From NCBI GenBank assembly GCA_000388065.2, contig KB932205.1: DNA of 27,392 bases. One strand, 5' to 3'. The notes beneath the pieces are model-generated. The model was given only the letters and a program-made list of their open reading frames with translations. It did not search any database and had not been told where the DNA came from. A program made the translations under genes and the position numbers. Positions 11,835 through 20,723 of the stretch are shown here, piece by piece (position 1 is the first letter of the stretch; each line of letters opens with the position of its first letter). The stretch is from Fonticula alba ATCC 38817 (Eukaryota > Protista > Nucleariida).

Positions 11835-13310
11835 CCCCCCGCCCGCCATCCGCCCGGCATGAGAATGCATGGTCCACCGGTGCCGGGATCGGGGCCACCT
11901 ACTGGCCGGGGGCCCGCTGGTCCGCCACCCGCAAAGGAGCCCCCCGCCCCCTCCCATCACAGCCGAGCAAAGTCGCCTCTCGACCGGCCCCCGCCCTCCG
12001 CCCCACTACGAAGGTCCGGGTGGCAGAAATGCGCCACCCCGGCGCCCGAACCCACGGCGCGATATGGCGGCATCCGCGAGCCGGCCCCCCGGGTCGTATG
12101 CCGGACCATGGTGCCCCCAGGGTCCGGCACGCTTCCTCTTGGCGGCCGCCTCCCGCTCCCGGGCGGGGGGGGGGCGCCTTCGGGTGACCGGTGAATGGGG
12201 GAGAGCGGGCAGCGTGCGGCCGTCGTATTTTTCTGGCTGCTTCGGGACCGGTCCATCCTGGAGGCGGATCCGTCCGCGCAGTGCCCGCCGTGGGGTGGGG
12301 GGCATCCACACGCGGGACCGGCGTGCCAAGATCCGGGCAGGGTTGCCCACAATCGACCCCGGAACCATTGAGGGTGAGGCCGGGCCAGTCTCATCCATGG
12401 GGAGTCCCCGGGCGACGGGCTCGTGTGTTCGGCCCCTGGGCGCACAGAAGCCGAGAAATTGTCATATGTCTCAAAAAAAAATGCCAACCGCATTTACACT
12501 TTCTCCCCCGGCCCCTCCTGCCGAAGAGACCCTACGCCGTGGTCGGCGGTCCATCATGACGCCCCAGACCTCCCGTCGAGGGGGGGAATGAGCCACCGGG
12601 GGGATGCGCCCTTGACGGGGGGGAGGGCCCGCGAGGTGGGAGGGAATGCCAAACCCGCGGCTCGGGCCAAACAGCTGTGCCATGAGGAATGCTAAATTGA
12701 AATCGGCACAGAAGCCCCGCGTGACATGGCCCCCGCGTGATGTGCGTGCCCCTGGGCGCCCCATGGTGGCGCGCGGGGCCCCGGCCTTTTTGCGAGCCCC
12801 TCCCCCTTCGGACGTGGGGGCGAGTGCGACGGACCTCTTCCCCATGTGTGTGTGTGTGTCCTCTATCTCCCTGTGCCCCCTTCTTGCTTTTCCCCAGCCT
12901 CTGGCTTTTGGGCTTCTCCCTGTCCGGGGGGGGGGGGGGGGGGGGGCGGATGGAGCCGGCCTCTGCCCCCTGGCCCACTCCCGCCCACGGCGCACACAGC
13001 GGCGGCCCCTCGTCATCGCTTGCTGGCCCTGGCGCAGTGCCCAGCGAGCGATGCCCGCACGCACAGGCACCTGCACGTGTGCGGCGCGCATCTGGCTGCT
13101 TTCCCTCGGGGCCTGTCAGCAAATGTCTATTTGGGTTGGCGCGTGGCGATGTCGCGAGGGACATGGTGCGCCGGCGGGGGGGGGGCGCTTCTCCGGGGGT
13201 GCAGGGCGCGCCACCGCCGTGTGGCAAGCTGGCGAGGCCGAGGGCAAGGAGGGGGGGGGGGAAGAAAAAAAGAAGGAGCAAAGCCCACAGGGACCGGGAG
13301 GAGATGCCGA

Positions 13311-14782
13311 CTAAAGGACCCGGTCCTGCTGGCGGCAGGTGCGGCACTCGACCCGCAGGGCGCAAGTGTCCGGGCAGAAGGCGAAGGACACCGCCATATG
13401 GGGACAGCCTCTTTGCATGCAGACATGCATGTGCGGGAGTGGGCGAGCCGCATGGGGTGTCAGTGGTGTGGCCGGGCCGGCGGGCACGCCGAAGAGGTGC
13501 CCCCTCCCGGTGCGAGAGGGGGAGAGGCCGGCGCGCGGAGCGAGTCAAGAGAGGGGACACCCGTCCGGCAAGGGCCCCGAGCAGAGGCCCAGAGCACGGG
13601 AGACAGCGTACCGGTGGTGGTCCAGGAGCAGGGATTCCACATGCAGGTAAACCTCGTCGAGGTTGGAGGCCGAGGCTCCATTCTGCGCGTGGCGCACGCG
13701 CCACCGCGAACCCGGGGCGGAAGGACAGGCGAGCAGGGAGGGTCAGACTGGCGCGCCCGGGCCGGGGGAGGGGGGGGGGGGGGGGAATGCGACGATGGCC
13801 TCTGCATGTGGAGGTCGCCGTGCGGGGCGCCATGCGTGAGCGACGTGCGGGCGTATGGCGGCGCACCTGAAATACCACCCGCAAGTGGCACCGGGAGCAC
13901 TGGAGTCCGCGACCATTGGGGAGCAGGCCCGTCGTGCTGGCAGCTGGGTTCTGGAACACCTCGGGCACCAGGCGTCCCCCTGCACCGGCGAAGAGGCTGC
14001 CACAGCAAACAAAGCACGGCCGCAGCAGGGAGGTGAACATGCCCGGGCCCGAGCCGGCCGAATGCGTGTTGGGCGTCGAGGCCGGGGCATCCGAAAAGTC
14101 CAGCTCGTCGATGAAGGTCAAAAACTCTTGGTCATCCAAGGCGGCGGCGGCCGCTGCCTCCTCCTGCGCGAGGAAGTCCGCCTGCAGGATCTCCTCCACT
14201 GGCGAATCAGCGCCAAGGAGGAGGAGGAGGGGGAGGAGGAGGAGGGGACGGGGGTGGGGGAGGAGGGCATGTGCGCCCGACCAAGCCCACATACATCACG
14301 ATGTGAGCAAGGGGGGACCGGGAGAATGGCGAGGATGGGGATGGTGGGGAGGCTGCATGTGCGTGAACACGCGCGGAAACAGACCGGCGGTCACGAACAG
14401 GTGGCTAACGTACACTCCTGAGCAATCTGCTCCTCCAGCGCCAGGAGTTCCTCCACCGAGAGGTTGGTGAAATCCTCGTCCTCGACGAGATCTAACCCGA
14501 TGACTGGGCCGGCCCGATGGTGCTCCTCCTGAGAGCCCTCTTCACAGTCGTCGGAGATGGAGAAGCTCCGGAGGAGGTCGTCCCCGCGGATTTGCAGGTC
14601 CGATCCCGGGGGATCCGAGGCCGGAACCGGTGGTGCTGGCGGCAAGTGATCCCGATTCCGTCGGAAGAGAGCCGCACGGACCTGACGGATGCGCTCGCGA
14701 CTCTTTTCGGCCATCCTGCGCGGAAAAAGCGGGGGTGTGTGAGGGTGAGCGACAAAGCGGGTCAATATGCGCCCCCCTTGGC

Positions 14783-14813
<31 letters not shown>

Positions 14814-14905
14814 TGGGACGGGCGGTCAGCCGGGGCGCACTGGCTCCGCCGGGCGTCGGAGAAGGCATCGTCCCCGGCCAGCGGGGACCGGCCGCGCAGA
14901 GACAT
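13311..14905 (-). CDS. RPAIN: RPA-interacting protein (RIP/RPAIN)
   Basis: Five exons (14905-14841, 14715-14414, 14198-13867, 13682-13612, 13410-13311) join in phase. The product has an N-terminal basic helix (SRERIRQVRAALFRRNR), an acidic middle (EELLALEEQIAQELEEIL) and a C-terminal Zn-finger region (CFVC…CSRC…HHRGCPH…CRTC…VL*). This is collinear with RPAIN's three-part architecture. Confidence 0.82.
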
Positions 14906-15117
14906 GGTCTTCGAGGGGGTGAGGCTGCGCCGACCTCCGGCACCCTCGGCTGCCAGCGACCGAGAGGGCGTCCGAGGCTCCACGGTGCCCGCCGGCGGGG
15001 GGTGTGTGCGCTCTATCGGCGTGGCTTCTCGAAAGCGGGGGTCCAGGTCCATCGTATTCTGGCGGAGAAAGCCTGTGAGGGAGCCGGCGTGGAGTACGAG
15101 ATATGTATGGATGTGTG

Positions 15118-15140
15118 TATATATATATATATATATATAT
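15118..15140. repeat. (TA)11 microsatellite
   Basis: Direct read; lies upstream of RPAIN. Confidence 0.95.
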
Positions 15141-15412
15141 GCCTGCCTGTCTGTCTGTGTGTGCTTGAGAGAGTCCTGTGATGGAGCGCGCGTGGAGGAG
15201 AGGGAGAGAGAGAGGAAGAGGAAGAGGAGATGGGGGTATGCTGAACTGCCTGGCCGGAGGCGTCAGGTCAGCGTCCGGCGGGTGCCCAAAAAAAACCTGC
15301 CCCAGGGCCTGATCGGGGGACCACAGAGATCTCTCCGATGCAGGTCCATGTCCGTGGCCCCGTGCAGCTGGATCCGCCTGGCTGGCTGGTCCTACTTGTG
15401 GCGCCTGGGCAT

Positions 15413-15434
15413 GCGCGCGCGCGCGCGCGCGCGC
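15413..15434. repeat. (GC)11 alternating purine-pyrimidine run
   Basis: gcgcgcgcgcgcgcgcgcgcgc, followed by (TG)-rich sequence. Confidence 0.95.
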
Positions 15435-16134
15435 GTGTTGTGTATGGGGGAATGTGCATATGTTGTGTGTATGCGTGTGTTTGTGTGTATGGTGTACGGA
15501 CATGTGCATCCAGGCGGGGGCTTCTTACGAGAGGCCCCAGCCAGATCGGCCCAGCGTCGCAAGCGTCCAGATCCGTCGGGAGGAGCACCCGATTTCGTTG
15601 CAGTCACATGATGTGCCCAGCGAATCTCACGCGCGGGCTGGGCTCGGCGCGCAAAGCACCACGCCTCCGTGGGCGGCTCTCTCCCCGCCTCGGAGGAGGG
15701 GCGGCCGGGCTTCCCGGGGCTGTGAGCCCTTTCTTCCGGGCCCTGAGACGACGTCCCTGACCCCCGCCCCCCCCCCCCTAGCACCCTCGTGAACATGCCG
15801 TTGCCCTTGGGGTTCTCCTGGCGCAGCCGCCGCCCACCCCCTGCCTTGCTGTATCTGCCGCTCCGGAGGAGAGGGGAACGGTTTCTCTATTTGGGGGCGG
15901 TCGACACACACACGCACGCACACGCCACTCTTGCCCCCCGCCCCATTTCACACACACACATACACGCACACATATGGGCACATGGCGCAGCGCACTTGCA
16001 CATACACACAAGCCCAGGGGGGGGGGGGCGGTGAAGGGGACCGAGGGGGGAAGGCGGGCGAGGGAGGGAAGAGAGAGGGGGGCAGGAGAGGGGGAGGCGG
16101 AAGGCGAGGAGGGGAGGGGGGGGGGGGGGATCAA

Positions 16135-16798
16135 TCAGCTAGACTCGTCCCCGTCGGCCGCCTCGGCCTTCTCGGCGTCCTCGCCCTCGGTGGTGGAGGC
16201 GCACGCCTCGGCCGCAACCGAAGACTCGGGCTCGGCGGCGTTGTCCACAGTGGCCTCAGCAGCCGGGGCAGCGGCCAGAGCGGCCACGGAATCCTCAGAC
16301 TCCTGGTCCTGCTCCTCGGCATCGGCCGCGGCGACGGCGACGGCAGCAGCCGGCTCCGCCTCCTTGTCCTCGTCCTGCTCCTTGGGGCTGGGGGCCTGCT
16401 CCTTGGCAGACTCCTGCTCCTCGGAGGAGGTGGTGGTGGTGGTGGGGGGGGCCGACTCGTCAGCCTCCGGGACGATGGCCGGCACGCGACCGCTGCGGCG
16501 GTCCTCCACCAGCTGGCGCCAAGACTGAGCGTCCGGGCCGCCGGTGAACGCCTGGAGCAGGATCTTCTCCGACTCCTTGGAGGTAAGAAGGTTGTCCAGC
16601 TCGGCCTGGCCCAGCTCCAGGGCCAGGGACTGGGCCTTCTCAAAGCTGGCGGTGATGGTGTCGATGGCGGCCAGCAGGGCCGGCACATCGGTGGCCACCG
16701 AGGGGACCGGCAGGCGGAAAAGCTGCAGCTGGCCAAGCATGGAGAGGTCGAAAGTGATGGCGCTGCGGGGCGAGAGCCCGAAGGTTAGACACGTATGG

Positions 16799-16867
<69 letters not shown>

Positions 16868-17725
16868 AGGGTGCAGAGGCGCGGGAGCATCGGAGGNNNN
16901 NNNNNNNNNNNNNNNNNNNNNNNNNNNNNNNNNNNNNNNNNNNNNNNNNNNNNNNNNNNNNNNNNNNNNNNNNNNNNNNNNNNNNNNNNNNNNNNNNNNN
17001 NNNNNNNNNNNNNNNNNNNNNNNNNNNNNNNNNNNNNNNNNNNNNNNNNNNNNNNNNNNNNNNNNNNNNNNNNNNNNNNNNNNNNNNNNNNNNNNNNNNN
17101 NNNNNNNNNNNNNNNNNNNNNNNNNNNNNNNNNNNNNNNNNNNNNNNNNNNNNNNNNNNNNNNNNNNNNNNNNNNNNNNNNNNNNNNNNNNNNNNNNNNN
17201 NNNNNNNNNNNNNNNNNNNNNNNNNNNNNNNNNNNNNNNNNNNNNNNNNNNNNNNNNNNNNNNNNNNNNNNNNNNNNNNNNNNNNNNNNNNNNNNNNNNN
17301 NNNNNNNNNNNNNNNNNNNNNNNNNNNNNNNNNNNNNNNNNNNNNNNNNNNNNNNNNNNNNNNNNNNNNNNNNNNNNNNNNNNNNNNNNNNNNNNNNNNN
17401 NNNNNNNNNNNNNNNNNNNNNNNNNNNNNNNNNNNNNNNNNNNNNNNNNNNNNNNNNNNNNNNNNNNNNNNNNNNNNNNNNNNNNNNNNNNNNNNNNNNN
17501 NNNNNNNNNNNNNNNNNNNNNNNNNNNNNNNNNNNNNNNNNNNNNNNNNNNNNNNNNNNNNNNNNNNNNNNNNNNNNNNNNNNNNNNNNNNNNNNNNNNN
17601 NNNNNNNNNNNNNNNNNNNNNNNNNNNNNNNNNNNNNNNNNNNNNNNNNNNNNNNNNNCCTCCTGCATGGAGGACCGCTGCTTGTGCATCTCCTGGGGGG
17701 GGGGGGGGGGGGGGGGGGGCGGGGC

Positions 17726-17759
<34 letters not shown>

Positions 17760-18962
17760 CGCACGTCAGGATCCGGCCCCCAAGCGCGACAAGGGAAGTC
17801 AGTGACACAGGCGTACCGTAAGTCGAGGAGGAGACCTTCGCGGTCATGCTGCTGGAATACTTGTCCACGGCGGCGCGAGCCTTCTCCACCTCCTGGCGGG
17901 CGGCCTCGTGGGCCTTGAGGTCGGCGGTGACGGTGGGCTGCATGGCAGGTCCGACAGGGGGGGTATGCGCGCGCATGTGCGTGCGTGCGTGCGTGCGTGA
18001 GCGCGTGGCGGCCAGGTCAGCGGGCGTGGCCGCCGGGGGGAGGGGAGGGGAGGGGAGGGGATGTCGACGCGCACCTTCAGCTTCTGGCACTCCTGAACAA
18101 GGGCGTTGTAGTTGCGGTAGGAGACCACCTGGCGGTTGAGCTGCTGCAGCTCGTCGCGGTGCTGCTGCAGCTTGACCAGGGAGATGTGCGGCCGAGTGGG
18201 ATCGGTGGAGCCGTTGATGACATCGGTGACGACGGCAATGCGCTGCTCAATCTCGGCGAGGTTGCGGAACTTGCCAGGGAGCTTGAAGTTGGCAATCTTG
18301 CTCTCCTGTGTGCGCATACGGGTGTACAAGAGAGGGAGGGAGGGAGAGAGAGAGAGAGAGACAAAGGAAGAGAGTCAGCAAGAGGCGAGACGGGCGTGGC
18401 TGGCCAAGAGGACCAGCAAGCAGGTCAGAGCGCGGGCGGCGGGCTGTGAGTGCGGACCAGCTGCCGGTAGGCGACCAGAGGGCCATGGGTGGAGGTGCTG
18501 TTGAAGGCAGCCTCACGAGCCTGGGCCTGGCTCAGGGCCTTGTGCAGCTCGTCCAGCTGCGAGCGAGACTCACGGAAAACATCGTCCGAGGTGTCGAGGG
18601 CCTTCCTGATGTCCTCCTGCGGGCATGGCGAGGCGGGAGGAGGGAAGGGGGGAGGGAGAGAGACGAGTCAGGGGGAGGGGAAGAAGGGGGAGGGGAAGAA
18701 AGGAGAGGGCGTGGAGCGAGGCGCGTGGACACTCAGGCCGGAATGGCGGGTAACACCGGACAGGGGGAGGCTGCCGGAGGGGGGGGGGGGGGGGGGGGGG
18801 GGCGGAACAAACGAACAAAACCAGAAGGGACAAGATCTGGTCCTCGATGTCCTTCAGCTGAGTGCGCAGCTTCCCGAGCTGGTCGTTCTTGTGGCCGGGG
18901 CCGGTGGCGCGCGGGCCAGTGGGGGCGGCCGGGCCGCGGGTCTTCGCCATATTGAAGGACAT
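16135..18962 (-). CDS. Bfr1-like coiled-coil protein (nuclear segregation / ER-mRNA-associated family); middle part lies in the gap
   Basis: Inferred exons 18962 (or 18950) to about 18815, 18616-18458, 18305-18075, 17937 to about 17820, 17692 to the gap, and 16762-16135. The motifs KLPGKFRNLAEIEQRI…ISLVKLQQHRDELQQL and ITFDLSMLGQLQLFRLPVPSVATDVPALLAAI resemble the conserved Bfr1-family blocks, followed by an acidic tail. Some donor positions are uncertain. Confidence 0.65.
16802..16862. repeat. (TG)n then (CGTG)n microsatellite, i.e. (CA)n in the sense strand of an intron
   Basis: Direct read; lies about 40 nt upstream of the acceptor at 16763-16764. Confidence 0.95.
16897..17658. other. Assembly gap (762 N) inside the Bfr1-like gene
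   Basis: N run. Confidence 0.99.
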
Positions 18963-20723
18963 TGTGCACGGGGATAGGGGGAAAGGAGGCGGGAAGAGGG
19001 GGGGGCGCGAGAGAGAGAGAGAGGGAGAGAGAGAGAGGGAGGGAGGAAGAGACGAGCAGGGAGCGGGGAGGGGGAGGGGGAGGGGACTGTGCGCGGGTGT
19101 CCGGGCCGCGCCGGCCGGGGGCGGAGCCCCAGCCGGACATGGCGGCGCAAAAGCCCAACCCCTGGGCGCCCCGCCGAGGGGCAAAAGAGGCCCGGTGGAA
19201 AACAGGCGGTCGAGCGGCAACGGCCCGGGGGCCCCCTGCCCGGGGGCGGGCGCGGACGCGGGCGCGGGGGCGGGAGCGTTTGCGTTCCTTGGGAGCGGCC
19301 AAGGGCGTGGGCAACCGGGCGCCAAGCAGGCGGCTGGCGTGAATGCATGTCGGTGTCCCGGCTCGGGACGGCGCTCGGGCCGCAGGGCGGACGGGCCGGA
19401 GTTCGCCCTGCCGTGGCACACCCCCCTCCGGGCACCGGCTGTGGAACAACTGGCGCCACTAGAGGATGGGGAGGGGGGATTTAAATTAAAAAAAGCCGGT
19501 GCCATTGGCCCGGGGAGCTGGACCGCGCCCGGCCCCGTGGTGGTTGATGTTTCCGCCGCCGGAGCCGTCAGATGAGCACGCCGCGCTATATCGGGGCGGT
19601 TCTCTTTTCCGCGGCCGCGGCTGGCAATCGGGCTGGCTCATCCCCCGTCCCCCCCCGGACCGCTCCCATCCAGACTGCACGGGTGGCGGCAACCAACGAC
19701 CGGCTAACATGCACGAGCCTGTGAGCCACTCTAAAGCCGCCGGTGAGGATCCCTCCCCCCTCCCCAAGGGACGGGGTGAGACCGAGCCACAGAGGGAGGA
19801 AAGGATGCCACACCGTCCCGCCCCGGCCATCAGCCTTTCTTGCCCCCCCCCGTGTGTACGGACCCCGAGAAAGCCCCCCTCGGGGGGGGGGGGGCGCCTC
19901 AAGGAGCGACCAGCCGCTAACCCTTAGCCGGGAGATGCTCCGGCCAGGGGACACACAGGGGGGGAAGGGCCGGGTGAGCGCACGCATGCGCGCCGCCCGG
20001 GCGCCTGGCAGGAGAAAATATCCCCCAAACATGCAGGCCCTCGCCGGCGGCAAGTCTCCCGGACGGCCCACACTTCACCCGGGGGAACCCAGTGCCCGCG
20101 GCCCGGGCTGGCGCTCTGTTATTGTTTTCTTTTCTTCTTCCCCGCCGTCCAACGGGGAGCACCCTCGCTCGAATGACCCCGGCAAACGGCCGGCACCGCC
20201 CAGCCTGCGTGGATGAATGTCTCGCCGTCTCCACAGACGCATTTCCCTGCGCAGGGAGGCGCATGTCTCGGCGTGCGCGGTAGTAATATGCGCGCGTCCG
20301 GGGATGTGGCAGAGTGACCGCCAGCCCCCCCCCCCCCCCCCCCCCCCCCCCCGCCCCCCGGCCCCGACGCCTGGCGCATCACCAGCCCCTCCGCGCCCCA
20401 ACCAGAGCGGTGGGACACCGCATCGTCACGTGACCCTCGCCGGTTAGAGACCGCCCGGACGCCGCACTCGGCCCTCTGCTGGTTGCCGGCCTTTTCCGCG
20501 CGCGACCGCCGGGAAAGCTGAGCCCGGCGTCTCGATCTGTGTTCATTTCGCTCCTGCCGCGGCCCAGCTAACGTGCCGGGTCCCGACCCCGCACCACTGC
20601 CGGCTGTCGTCACCACCGCTGCTGCTGCTGCTGCTGCCGGCGGTGCCGCTGCCGGCGCCCGGAGCCGGGAAGGACTTCGAGATCTTGGTGTATTTTTTTT
20701 TCCGTGCTCACGGCGGGCCGAGT

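Noticed and set aside
12675-12711. Hairpin CTGTGCC…GGCACAG enclosing ATGAGGA…TTGA, resembling a C/D snoRNA or SECIS core
   Set aside because: It is only about 37 nt. The boxes are imperfect (no RUGAUGA/CUGA pair), and there is no room for the SECIS helix II. A 7-bp stem is expected by chance.
12532-14292. 586-aa ORF starting with a hydrophobic, signal-peptide-like stretch (LLLLPLLLLLGA)
   Set aside because: The Leu run is the CT-rich intron tract upstream of RPAIN exon 3. Only 14198-13867 of this frame is coding.
18963-20723. 1.76-kb interval with several 100-240 aa ORFs and a (GCT)n run
   Set aside because: No recognisable motifs, no consistent exon chain, and no tRNA/snRNA signature seen. 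Treated as the KIN17 3' region plus the Bfr1-like promoter.
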